Shown here piece by piece: positions 37,129 through 47,037 of a stretch of 64,000 bases of DNA. The DNA comes from Dehalococcoidia bacterium. GTDB taxonomy: Bacteria > Chloroflexota > Dehalococcoidia > Lucifugimonadales > CATOSD01. The stretch is taken from the NCBI GenBank assembly GCA_965217565.1, contig CBDCIS010000009.1:19544-83543 (forward strand). The letters run 5' to 3'. Made by a program: the position numbers and the translations under genes. Position 1 is the first letter of the stretch; each line of letters begins with the position of its first letter. Under the pieces are notes generated by a model. It was given only the letters and a program-made list of their open reading frames with translations, was not told the origin of the DNA and did no database searches.

Positions 37129-37245
37129 TACCGTTTCCAGCTAGTTTTGACAATAATCGAGGCTGTCCTCGACTCTGGATTCCCGCTTTCGCGGGAATGA
37201 CGGTCACTGTTCAGTATTTGTCACTTTCAAGTGGAAACGGTACTA
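37125..37245. mobile_element. MITE copy b, abutting copy a
   Basis: CTAGTACCGTTTCCAG...GGAAACGGTACTA; shares the CTAG at 37125-37128 with copy a; its distal CTAG is split by IS630-B. Confidence 0.7.
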
Positions 37246-38480
37246 GTGGTTCAACTTTTTTGTATTGATGGGTAGAGTGACTTTAGCTTGATGCGCGCAT
37301 CCTCGGTAGTGAAGCGCCAATCCACTCGTATAACATCCCGGTTGCGTTGATTCTGCCAAGCATTGACCTCGCCGCGCAGGATGTCTTGATTGGCAATCCG
37401 TCGGTCCAGGCACTGTCGAGCCAGCACACCGATCTCTATCTCCGCCATATTCAACCAACTCCCGTGTTTGGGAGTGTAGTGTATCTCCAGTCGCTCAGCT
37501 ATACGCCTCGCCTCAGCAGGCTCGAATGCCTCGTATAGCGAGGACAGCTTGTGAGTGTTGAGATTGTCCATTACCAGCACGATCCGGTCTCTGTCAGGGT
37601 AGTCCTCGTCGACCAGTTTCTTTATCACATGCGCCCAGTCCACCTTCGTGCGGCGCTCTCTGAGCTCGACTCGGCGCCATCCGTCCAACGGTGCAAACAG
37701 CATGAACAGGCTGCTCACTCCATTGCGCTCGTATTCGTAGTCGTATGCCGCCGATAAGCCGGGCGCTGTGGGACGCGGCACTCGCGTCTCCTTGACTTGC
37801 TGTTTGCTCGTCTCATCCATGCACACCAGAACCTCATTCCCATCGTACGGCCGTTGGTAGACCTCCAGTACGTCTTCCATCGCGCACACAAACTCCGCGC
37901 TCTGACCGGGCGGGATGCACCAACTCTGCTTCAGCCACGGCTTCAGCTCGTTTTTTTAAGCGCCTGGCGAACCGTCTCGGCGCTAATGGTCTCGACTATC
38001 TCACACTCGACCAACTCGTCAGCCAACAGCTTCAGGGTCCAACTGGCACGCCCCTCCGGCGGTTCCCTGCAGGCCATCGCTATCAACCGTGCTTCACCTT
38101 CGCCGTCCAGTCTCTTTTGACGCCGACGCAGTTGCTTTTTGCGATTCAGCGCAGACTCGACCCCCTCCTCCACACAGCGCTTGCGTATTCGCTCGACCGT
38201 TGACTGTCCCACACCGAGCGCGCTGGTGATGTCCGCGTCCTTCATTCCCCCGTCCGAGCGTGACTCATCGCTCATCAGCAGAATGCGCGCATGGGTCTGT
38301 TTGTACGCCGCAGACCGACCGCGTGAGACCAAGCCGTTGAGTTCCTGTTGTTCGTCGGTAGTCAGTCTGATACGGTACTTCTTGGTAGACATCATGGTTC
38401 CTCCTCGGTTCAACGTTACGATTGAACCCCCAAGAGCAACAATGACTATCATGGTCTTCATTTCAATGATGTTGGACCAC
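37246..38480 (-). mobile_element. IS630-family element (IS630-B), 1235 bp
   Basis: Inverted repeats GTGGTTCAAC / GTTGGACCAC. TA duplication inside a CTAG target (37244-37245, 38481-38482). orfA is 37943-38461; orfB is 37251-37889 in the -1 frame at A AAA AAA (T7 at 37951-37957). Confidence 0.85.
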
Positions 38481-38918
38481 TAGTTTAATCTTTCCAACTG
38501 CTATCACATGGGCATCCGCCGCCTTACTTCCAGCACAGGATCAAGTGGGTCCCACTCCACCAAATGTATCCGCTTCACCTAGTCAGCTCCCTATTGGCCT
38601 CCAGCACGTCATCCTGCAGTGGCTGAATATGGGCATCCATCCTCATACCGTTCAGGGTTTACATTTCCAGGGGCAGTGTCAGTAGAAATCCCGTAGCAAT
38701 TCTACTTTCAACTCCCAGCGACGCAACCTTGCCCAAGCCCGGTGAAGCCCGGCCCCCCGGATTCCTTCTCGGCCCCCGACCTCCGCTACTAGTGTACCAG
38801 TGCCGCCGGTCCGAAGGCGTGTCTTGGGTCGAGCTTTTCCTCCAGGGTAACAACTTGGCAGCCATATCGGCTGAAGCAGCACCCGAAAGGGGTGCCGCGA
38901 ACACTCCGACAACTACCA

Positions 38919-39206
38919 CTAGGAACCTATCCAACCCCCGTTGCATCCAAGTCGACTACCCATGAGAACCGTACTTTTTCGTGTTGATTGAAAGACAGAG
39001 AACTCAGTCTCGAACCAAACCAGCGTCGGGAAGTCGATCCGGTCGAGGCCGGTGTGCACCAGCCTGGGGTGGCAGATGAGCATGTCGATGCCCTGCTTCA
39101 CGCTGTCCGCCACCCACGCCTCCCGCCGTTCGGGGGCCACCGCCTCGGCCTTCATCACCGCCACTGTGGTGCTCTGATTGTCTATGATGTGTGGGGGTGC
39201 CAGCAT
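38919..39206 (-). pseudogene. remnant of a helicase C-terminal domain
   Basis: ...VDMLICHPRLVHTGLDRIDFPTLVWFETEFSVF resembles helicase motif V/VI regions. It lacks an N-terminal part, and the downstream continuation (RFSW) is in another frame. Confidence 0.35.
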
Positions 39207-39269
39207 GGGGATATGCCTCCGGGAGTGCTCTTCAGCGCATTTCCGCTTGGACTAGGTGTAGTCCCTCCC

Positions 39270-40307
39270 CTACTCTTGCGACGGGATCGCGAGCACCGGC
39301 TCGCCGGACGTGCGGATTAGCGCCTCGGTTACGCTGCCCAGCACCCACCGCGTGAGACCGGAGCGCCCGTGCGTAGCCAGCACGATGATGTCGTTGGATA
39401 GCTGGCGGGACAGGTCCGTTATGGCAACGGCGGGCGAGCCGTTTACCACCTTGTGGTCGACCTCGATGCCCTTCGTCGCCAGGTTTGCCGCTACGCCCGC
39501 GAGATAGTCTCCCGCCTCCGTCTCGACCTCTACCTGGATTTCGGCGTCGATCGCGTAGGACATGCCTTCGATGTATGCCGAGGAGTTCGCCGCCAGTTTG
39601 AGCGCCTTGACCAGCGTCACCTCGAGGGCCATTTTTGCGGCGAGAGCCTCGACGAATGGCAGGGCGCTCTCTGCCAGGTCGGAGCCGTCCAGGGGCGCGA
39701 GCAGGCTGGTGAGTGTCGCACCCGGTTCCTGGTGGTACTTCCCGGCGCGCTCCGGCGTGATGGTCAGCACGGGAATGTTGACCGAATGCATGACCTTGTC
39801 GGTCACGCTGCCCAGCAGCCCGCGGCCGATCAGGTTCCTGCCGTGTGTGGACATGGCGATCAGGTCGCAGCCCTCGCGTTCGGCGGCTTCCGCGATCTGC
39901 TCGGCCGCCGCGCCGATGGTTACCATTGCGCTCGCTTTCACCCCCTGGGCCTCGAGCCTGTCGGCGACTTCCCTCAAACGCTGCAACGCCCTCTGTTCCT
40001 GGCTCTCGATCACCTGGGTCAGGTAGGAGCCGCCCTGCTCGTGGGCGTAGGTGCGGGCCCGTTCCCTATCCGCGGGTGAGACCTCGTCGGACGACGTAGC
40101 GCCCATCATGCGCCGCGGCAGCTCCAGCGCGTCGGGATCGATCGCCGACATGAGAGTTATCGGAATGTCCATTCCCCTGGCTATCTGCACGACGTAGGAA
40201 AGGATTCCTTCAGCCATCTCAGAGCCGTCCAGCGGAACCAGTATCTTCGTGAATATGTTGCTGGCCTCCTGATTAAGGGCACGACTTTGGTGATACATCC
40301 GAATCAC
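39270..40307 (-). CDS. universal stress protein with two tandem UspA domains
   Basis: Two repeats ending in ...HGRxxLxxxxLGSVTxxVxxxxxxPVL. Confidence 0.8.
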   Translation of the reverse strand: MIRMYHQSRALNQEASNIFTKILVPLDGSEMAEGILSYVVQIARGMDIPITLMSAIDPDALELPRRMMGATSSDEVSPADRERARTYAHEQGGSYLTQVIESQEQRALQRLREVADRLEAQGVKASAMVTIGAAAEQIAEAAEREGCDLIAMSTHGRNLIGRGLLGSVTDKVMHSVNIPVLTITPERAGKYHQEPGATLTSLLAPLDGSDLAESALPFVEALAAKMALEVTLVKALKLAANSSAYIEGMSYAIDAEIQVEVETEAGDYLAGVAANLATKGIEVDHKVVNGSPAVAITDLSRQLSNDIIVLATHGRSGLTRWVLGSVTEALIRTSGEPVLAIPSQE

Positions 40308-40347
40308 AGAGTCTTCTCGCTAAAGGTAGAGTCCCTACTCTTGGTTG

Positions 40348-41592
40348 TCAATCGCCATGAGCCAACCCCTGCTCATTTGGTTCGGTCGTCTCCTCCAGGG
40401 ACCCGCCGTAGAGACGCAGGACGCGGCGCGCCAGGCGCAGGCCGTTGACGAGCAGCACCCCACCGCCAAAGGCTATCGCCACCGGCGCGCCCAGCACGGC
40501 GGCCAATGCTCCCATGTGGAAGCCCGATGAGCCGGTGACGCCCCAGGTGAACGTCTGGAAGCTCAGCACGCGGCCCCGCATCTCGTTGGGCACGGTGGTC
40601 TGCAACAGCGTGGATATGGCCGTTTCATAGAGGACTCCAACCGAGTAGGCCGCCGCGATGAGCGCAAGCGACAGAAGGAACCAGGGCGACATGGCAAACA
40701 GGGCCAGGCACAACCCGAACCCCAGGTAACCAACCACCAGCAGCCGCCCCATGTTGCGTCCTGTCCCGATGGCCGACAGGGTTAACGAGGAGACCAGCGC
40801 GCCCGCGCTACCGGCGGAAATCAGGTAGCCCAATCCCTCTGGACCGACGTCCAGAACCTTGCCCGCCATCACCGGGAGCATGGTCTCGTGCGCCCAGCCG
40901 AAAGCCTCGGACGACAGAACCATGAGTATGAGCATCCTTATCGAGGGAGTGGTGAATACAAATCTCACGCCCTCTTTGAGGTCGTTCAACGGCGACGTGG
41001 GACTCTTCCGGGCGAGCGGCTCGACTCCCCGGAGGAGGAGGAGGAGCGCGTCCGAAGCCGCAAAGGCGCAGCCCATCCCGACGTAAACCCAGCCGATACC
41101 GAACGAGCTTACGACCTGTCCGGCCGCAAGTGGCATCGTTATGCCAGCCGTAGTCATAGCCACGAACGTGGCGGCGTTGGCCTTGAGCATGTTCTCCCGG
41201 CCGGCCACGTCCAGGACGAGGGCCATGCGCGCGGGTATCTTGATGGACATCAGCGCGCCGTCCACGAACGCCACCAGCAGCACCTGCCAAAGCTGCACCT
41301 GCTCGGCGAATATGAGCGCCGCCATCGTCGCTACGAGGGCCGCCTGCGCCACCTGGGTTGCCAGTACCAACGTCCTGCGATTCATGCGGTCCACCATGAC
41401 GCCTGACAGCGCGCTGAAGAGCATCAGGCCGACGCCGCTCATGCCGGCCGTCGCTCCGACCCAGAAGGCGGAGTCGGTGACGGAAAGCGCGAGCCACCCG
41501 TGCGCCAGGATGTACATGGAGATGCTCATGTCGCTGAATAGGCCGCCAAGCCAGAGCAGCCTGAACCTGGGGTTGTGAATCAAAAGCAGCAT
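40348..41592 (-). CDS. MFS transporter
   Basis: 414 aa, about 12 hydrophobic helices, MVDRMNRR loop motif. Confidence 0.8.
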   Translation of the reverse strand: MLLLIHNPRFRLLWLGGLFSDMSISMYILAHGWLALSVTDSAFWVGATAGMSGVGLMLFSALSGVMVDRMNRRTLVLATQVAQAALVATMAALIFAEQVQLWQVLLVAFVDGALMSIKIPARMALVLDVAGRENMLKANAATFVAMTTAGITMPLAAGQVVSSFGIGWVYVGMGCAFAASDALLLLLRGVEPLARKSPTSPLNDLKEGVRFVFTTPSIRMLILMVLSSEAFGWAHETMLPVMAGKVLDVGPEGLGYLISAGSAGALVSSLTLSAIGTGRNMGRLLVVGYLGFGLCLALFAMSPWFLLSLALIAAAYSVGVLYETAISTLLQTTVPNEMRGRVLSFQTFTWGVTGSSGFHMGALAAVLGAPVAIAFGGGVLLVNGLRLARRVLRLYGGSLEETTEPNEQGLAHGD

Positions 41593-41815
41593 GGTTCCAT
41601 ACGGGGGTCAGGTTGTGGGGTGAATGGCGCAGAAAGCGACAGGCAGGTTGAGGAGCGCAATCCGCCCGAAAAGGGTTTTCTTGAACTCCGACGGTTCAAG
41701 AAACTAGAGCAGGCGCTCAATGGACAATAGAGAGCCAAAGTGCGCTGCGGGATTGAAATCAAGCAGGCCCGGACTGAACGTCGTCGTGTGTGCGTGGTCA
41801 GAGCTACCAGGTTCG

Positions 41816-42259
41816 CTAAGCCAGCGCGGCCGGCTCCCCTATCCACTGCACGTTTCCCAGCGCGGGGCCGGCCACCCTGTAGAACCTCTCATACGCAGTC
41901 CACAATTCGCATTGGAGAGTCTCCGCCGAGGCGAGGTAGTGCGAGTCATAGACTGCTCCCTGTCGGAGTTGCGCGGCCAACTCCAACGCCCTGCCGTGAA
42001 GGTCTGGCGTCGCCACGAACATGACGTCCATATCCATCAGGTCACCAACGAGTTCCGAAGCGAATTCTATAGTGAATTCGCTTCGTGCCACTCGCTGATA
42101 GATGGCGTTGGTCACCTCGACAGGCATGAGGTGCGGAGCCGTGATTTTCACTTCCTGCTCTTGCCACTGTTGGAGGAGTTCGAGGGCCCGGTCAGAATCA
42201 TGTTCGGTCATCAACCACTTGACCACGATGCTCGCGTCCACGACGACGTGGCCGTTCAC
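41816..42259 (-). CDS. PIN-domain toxin (VapC-like)
   Basis: GTG 42259 overlaps the antitoxin stop (GTGA); starts NGHVVVDASIVVKW. Confidence 0.7.
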   Translation of the reverse strand: MNGHVVVDASIVVKWLMTEHDSDRALELLQQWQEQEVKITAPHLMPVEVTNAIYQRVARSEFTIEFASELVGDLMDMDVMFVATPDLHGRALELAAQLRQGAVYDSHYLASAETLQCELWTAYERFYRVAGPALGNVQWIGEPAALA

Positions 42260-42543
42260 GATATTGTTCTGGACTGGCGAGCCTCGCGAATGAAATCCAC
42301 GGAGTCGCCGGGAAGAATCGTGTCCCCAAAGCGTTCCTTTTGCAGTGCCTTGAGACGGTCGGCGAGATTCCCGGAATAGGCTTTGGACCGGGGATTTCGC
42401 TCCTCGTCCTTCGTTAGTTCCTTGTCTATGGCGTTCCGGCAATACTGGCTCATGCTCATGCCCTTTAGCTCAGCAGCCGCCTTCAAACGCCGTTGAATGG
42501 GAGCGTCCAACTCCAGAGTGAGCCGTTTCTTCTCAACCTTCAT
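42256..42543 (-). CDS. antitoxin (RHH-like) of the second PIN pair
   Basis: MKVEKKRLTLELDAPIQRRLKAAAELKGMSMSQY; GGAGG upstream of ATG 42543. Confidence 0.65.
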   Translation of the reverse strand: MKVEKKRLTLELDAPIQRRLKAAAELKGMSMSQYCRNAIDKELTKDEERNPRSKAYSGNLADRLKALQKERFGDTILPGDSVDFIREARQSRTIS

Positions 42544-42578
42544 ACCTCCAACTCCATGGCAGTAGCCGCTTTCGGGTT

Positions 42579-43649
42579 TTACGCCTTCGCGTACTCCCTG
42601 AAGGTCGAATCGACGACGTCCAGCGCGTAGTCGATGTCGTCGGAGGTTATCCCGTAGTGCGTGACGAAACGCCATCGGCGCTCGGGGGAGCCGCCCTTGA
42701 CTCCGCGCTCGTTGATCTTGCGGGCCAGCTCGGCCGGGTCGCCCTGGGTTATCTCGAAGAAGACCAGGTTGGTGGGCAGTTCGTCCGGCTGGATGGATAT
42801 GCCCGGCACCTGGGCGAGCCCCTGCGCCAGCTTGCGGGCGTTGGTGTGGTCTTCAGCCATCCGCTCCACCATGCTTTCGAGCGCGACGATTCCCGCAGCC
42901 GCTATGACGCCCACCTGCCTCATGCCGCCGCCCACCATCTTGCGCCAGCGTCTGGCGCGCTCGATGAACTCGTTGCCTCCGCATACTACCGACCCTATCG
43001 GCACGCTCAGCCCCTTGGACAGGCAGAAGGTGATACTGTCGGCGTCCTTGGCGAGCTCGGACGCGGGCGTCTCCAGGTAAACGGCGGCGTTGAATATGCG
43101 GGCGCCGTCGATGTGCAGAGGAATCTCGTTGCGATGAGCGACCTCGGCTATGACCCTGGTATCCTCCGGGGTCAGCGTGGAGCCGCCGCATGCGTTGTGT
43201 GTGTTCTCCAGCGCAATCATGGCGGTGCGCGGAAAGTGAACATTGTTGGGACGAATCGCCCTCTCGACCTCGTCGGGGTCGAGCATACCGCGCTCGTCGT
43301 TGCGGATCGTGTGGTAGGACACGCCGCCGAGGGCCGACGCTCCGCCCGCCTCGCTGCGGAAGATGTGGGACTTGTCGCCGATGATGATGTCGTCGCCCCG
43401 CTGCGCGTGGGTGAGGATCGAGACGAGGTTGCCCATGGTGCCGCTGGCGACGAACATCGCCGCCTCTTTGCCGAGCCGTTCGGCGGCCATCGCCTCCAGC
43501 CTGTTCAGAGTGGGGTCTTCCCCATAAACGTCGTCCCCCACCTCGGCGTCCGCCATGGCCCGCCGCATCTCAGGCGTAGGCTCCGTTACCGTGTCGCTGC
43601 GAAGATCGACTATTCGCACGATTCCTCCTTCTCTGCCGTAGCCTTGCAA
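42579..43649 (-). CDS. ltaE: low-specificity L-threonine aldolase family PLP enzyme
   Basis: VDLRSDTVTEPTPEMRRAMADAEVGDDVYGEDPT N-terminal signature. Confidence 0.8.
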   Translation of the reverse strand: MQGYGREGGIVRIVDLRSDTVTEPTPEMRRAMADAEVGDDVYGEDPTLNRLEAMAAERLGKEAAMFVASGTMGNLVSILTHAQRGDDIIIGDKSHIFRSEAGGASALGGVSYHTIRNDERGMLDPDEVERAIRPNNVHFPRTAMIALENTHNACGGSTLTPEDTRVIAEVAHRNEIPLHIDGARIFNAAVYLETPASELAKDADSITFCLSKGLSVPIGSVVCGGNEFIERARRWRKMVGGGMRQVGVIAAAGIVALESMVERMAEDHTNARKLAQGLAQVPGISIQPDELPTNLVFFEITQGDPAELARKINERGVKGGSPERRWRFVTHYGITSDDIDYALDVVDSTFREYAKA

Positions 43650-43814
43650 CGGGGCCTATGACATCCTGTGCGATTCAAACCCCGCGCTCTTGTTGAAAGC
43701 CGCCCATCCAGCGCGTCAGGTAGGCAAACCTCCAGAACGATTCTAACAACATTGCTTGCCAAAAGCCATAGCGTCGCCTAACATGAAGCGGTTGCGAAAC
43801 AGCGCGAGAGACAC

Positions 43815-44471
43815 ATGACCAACAGCCAGCAAGCCATAACATTCGACAGCGGGGACATTGCCCTCGAGGGTGCGCTGCATCTACCCGGCGGCGACGGAAA
43901 GTTCGCCGGCGTCGTTATCTGCCACCCTCATCCGCGCTACGGCGGGAACATGAGCAACGGCGTGGTGAGCGCGCTCACGAAGAGCATCGTGGCGTCGGGC
44001 ATGGCGGCGTTGAGGTTTAACTTTCGCGGCGTCGGCGCGAGCGAGGGGGAGTTCAGCCAGGGCGCGGGTGAGCTCGAGGATGCCATCGAGGCGGTGGACT
44101 ACCTCGCACTGCACGAACGTATCGAGGCCACTCGCGTGGGAATCGCTGGCTATTCGTTCGGTGCGTGGATCGCGTTGGAGGCGAGCGCAAGCAGCAATAC
44201 CGTCCAGGCGGTCGCCTCCATCGCCTGCCCGATGCGCCCCTACACCTCGCTGGGCGTTGACGAACTGTTGCAGCCCAAGCTGCTCGTTTGCGGGGAGTTC
44301 GACCACGACTTTCCGATCGAGCATTTCAGGTTTCTCTCCAAGAGGTTCGTGGAGCCGAAGCAGGTCGAGGTGAAGTATGGCGCGGACCACTTCTTCGGGG
44401 GCCACGAGGAGGAGATTGGCGAGATGGCGGCCGGGTTCTTCTCCAACTGGCTTGGAGAGCGTTCGAGGTAG
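43815..44471 (+). CDS. alpha/beta hydrolase (COG2945-like)
   Basis: CHPHPRYGGNM, nucleophile elbow GYSFGA. Confidence 0.7.
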   Translation: MTNSQQAITFDSGDIALEGALHLPGGDGKFAGVVICHPHPRYGGNMSNGVVSALTKSIVASGMAALRFNFRGVGASEGEFSQGAGELEDAIEAVDYLALHERIEATRVGIAGYSFGAWIALEASASSNTVQAVASIACPMRPYTSLGVDELLQPKLLVCGEFDHDFPIEHFRFLSKRFVEPKQVEVKYGADHFFGGHEEEIGEMAAGFFSNWLGERSR

Positions 44472-44474
44472 TCA

Positions 44475-45158
44475 GTGAGCGTTTACGCGCAATCGCTCGG
44501 GAGAGACATGCGACAGACGGCGATAGGATTCGAGAGCAAGAAACTCAAGCTGGAGGGCGTGCTAACGCTTCCGCAGGGCCTCGCGGGGCCGTTCCCGTCG
44601 CTGGTGGTTTGCCACCCGCATCCGGTGCTCGGCGGCGACATGGAGAACCCGGTGGTGATGGCGATATGCCGCGCAGCGGACAGGCGGGGGCTGGCTACGC
44701 TCCGATTCAACTTCCGCGGCGTGGGCGACAGCGAGGGAGAGTTCAGCAACGGCGCCGGCGAGCGGCAGGACCTCGAGGCGGCGCTCAAGGTGGTGAGAAG
44801 ATGGCCGGGGCTGGACCGCAGGCGAATCGCGCTGGCCGGCTACTCCTTCGGCGCGTCGGTCGCGCTGGGCGGACTGCGCCGCTGCGGGGCCGCGTGCAGC
44901 CTGGCTTTCGTCGCGCCGCCAATAGCGTCGGTGCGCGAATCGCGCATAGCCAACGACAAGAGACCCAAGCTGTTCGTAGTGGGCCAGAACGACCGCATCG
45001 CCCCGCCCGTCAGCCTCCAGAGCGCGCTAGACGACGTGCGGCAGCCCCTGCGCTTCGCCGAGGTGCCGGCCGCGGACCACAGCCTGCAAGGCCACGAGCG
45101 CGAGGTAGGCGAGCTGGTGGCAGGGTTCGCGGCGGACACGCTGGGGGTGGCGGGTTAG
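44475..45158 (+). CDS. alpha/beta hydrolase, tandem paralog
   Basis: CHPHPVLGGDM, GYSFGA. Confidence 0.7.
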   Translation: MSVYAQSLGRDMRQTAIGFESKKLKLEGVLTLPQGLAGPFPSLVVCHPHPVLGGDMENPVVMAICRAADRRGLATLRFNFRGVGDSEGEFSNGAGERQDLEAALKVVRRWPGLDRRRIALAGYSFGASVALGGLRRCGAACSLAFVAPPIASVRESRIANDKRPKLFVVGQNDRIAPPVSLQSALDDVRQPLRFAEVPAADHSLQGHEREVGELVAGFAADTLGVAG

Positions 45159-45192
45159 TAGGACGCCAGGGCCGGCATTTCTTGGTTTGCGC

Positions 45193-45507
45193 CTACGTTG
45201 GGCGGAAGTAGTTTGAGTCCTCCAAGCGTTGTCGCGCAACGCCTATTTCTTCGTCAGTAAAGAGAGGGCGCCACCGACATTCCAGAACAATGGCCTCCAT
45301 CGTAATGTCGAGACGTCCGCATTCCCAAAGTTTGACAAAGCCTGTGGAGAGGTCGATCGAGCGGAGCAACTGTCTGGCGGCTGCCAAGCCACCTCTCTCC
45401 CTAACGATTTCAAGAAAGCGCACAGCGTTGTAGCCGCACTCAGATTTGGCTCTTCGGTACACGCCTAGCATAGCCTCATGGAAAGCCGACTCCAAGTTGG
45501 CGGTCAT
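45193..45507 (-). CDS. conserved hypothetical helical protein
   Basis: 104 aa; GFVKLWECGRLDITMEAIVL...LFTDEEIGVARQRL motif. Confidence 0.45.
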   Translation of the reverse strand: MTANLESAFHEAMLGVYRRAKSECGYNAVRFLEIVRERGGLAAARQLLRSIDLSTGFVKLWECGRLDITMEAIVLECRWRPLFTDEEIGVARQRLEDSNYFRPT

Positions 45508-45521
45508 GGGGTTCTATGTCC

Positions 45522-45950
45522 TCAACTTTGGTCAGGCGCAGGCTCATCAAAGGGTTCGCCGTTGGCTTCGGCTTTCAAGCGACGCTGATTCCATGCGCTC
45601 CACTCAGCATTGGCCTTTTCCTCGCCTTGCTTTCGGCCCTCCTCACGCTGACTCTCTTTAAGGGGTTCGAGAAACTTCTGCCTGATGTAATTTCCTGTAA
45701 CCATAGCGAAATACAAGACCTCCACAATCGAGACTATGGTAATAGCTATTGCTACGCCAGCGACCGCAACTCTTTCGGCGATAGCGGAGAACACCTGTAA
45801 GGGGGTGGCAACTTCCCTGTTGGCGATCTCGTCCGCGGCTATAACGCAGGTCGCGGCCAAATTCGAGATACCGAACGCGGCGAAATATGCGGTTCTCCAT
45901 CCAAGTGGTATGCTCCAGATGGACTCCCAATTTCTTTCCGGTGAGTTCAT
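45522..45950 (-). CDS. membrane protein with charged C-terminal tail (MVTGNYIRQK family)
   Basis: 142 aa, hydrophobic N-terminal half, tail homologous to 10110-10307. Confidence 0.45.
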   Translation of the reverse strand: MNSPERNWESIWSIPLGWRTAYFAAFGISNLAATCVIAADEIANREVATPLQVFSAIAERVAVAGVAIAITIVSIVEVLYFAMVTGNYIRQKFLEPLKESQREEGRKQGEEKANAEWSAWNQRRLKAEANGEPFDEPAPDQS

Positions 45951-46022
45951 GCATGGAGCATAATAACACGGTCGTCAAGCGTATATGCTTCCTCTCGCGT
46001 GGGTCAGATGTGCGTCAGAACT

Positions 46023-46144
46023 CTAGTACTGCTTCCAGCTAGTTTTGACAATAATTGAGGCTGTCCTCGATACTGGATTCCCGCTTTCGCGGGAATGACG
46101 ATCACTGTTCGGTGCTTGTCAGTTTTAAGTGGAAGCGGTACTAG
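46023..46144. mobile_element. MITE copy c
   Basis: CTAGTACTGCTTCCAG...TGGAAGCGGTACTAG; internal palindrome at 46077-46096; its distal CTAG is also the target of the adjacent IS. Confidence 0.7.
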
Positions 46145-46955
46145 GGCCTGTTCACACTAACGCAACGCATCGAAGATGAGCGCAAACAGGATGAACCCAA
46201 GGAAGAGAGCGTCCAGCTTCTCAAAGCGAGAGAAGATGCGCCGAAAGCCCTTCAACCGTCGAAACAACCGCTCGATTTCGTTCCGACGCTTGTACATCTC
46301 CCGGTCGTACTGCCAAGGGTCAACCCTCGTGCTCAGGGGCGGAACTATCGGGGTGAACCCCAGGGCCAACGCCAGTTGGCGGGTCTCATTCCCCTCGTAT
46401 GCCCGGTCCATTAACAGGAACGGGTTCTGGTCCTGTGTTCCGAGGCGCTTTAGCAGCTTTCGCCCCTCCAGCGCATCGTGGGCCTGTCCGGGAGAAAGGG
46501 AGAACGTCACGGCTGTTCTAGCATCCGCGGCAACCATATGAATCTTGGTGGTCCAGCCGCCACGGGACTTGCCGATGGACTGGGGTCCGTTTTTTTAACG
46601 CACCGGTTCCATCGGGATGGACCTTGACTATGGTACTGTCCATGGAAACCGCTTCTATCTTGATACGCACTATGTGCTCTCGTTGAAGATACTCGAAAAC
46701 CCGGTCGAGCACACCGTTCTTGGACCACCGGTTCATCCGGGTGTAGACGGTGTGCCAGTTGCCAAATCGAGGCGGCAATCCCCGCCATTTGCAGCCTTGC
46801 TCGGCGACATAGAGGATAGCGTTGAGTACTTGCAGGTTCGACAGGCTGACGTTGCCACGCTGAACGGGAAGGATCGGCGCAATTCGTTGGTACTGAACTT
46901 CGGTGATTTCCATTCTCGGATTGTAACATAATTTGGCTATTAGTGTGAACAGACC
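46145..46955 (-). mobile_element. IS5-family insertion sequence, second type (IS5-B), copy 1, 811 bp
   Basis: Inverted repeats GGCCTGTTCACACTAA / TTAGTGTGAACAGACC between CTAG repeats (46141-46144, 46956-46959). orfA is 46518-46913, orfB is 46157-46537. A7 tract (T7 at 46590-46596) puts orfB in the +1 frame. Confidence 0.85.
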
Positions 46956-47037
46956 CTAGTCCAGACTGGAGGCCTGCTAAGTGTTACGCTCAAGGGTGCA
47001 CCCACACGTTGATATGAGGCTGTCCTCAACTGAGGCC

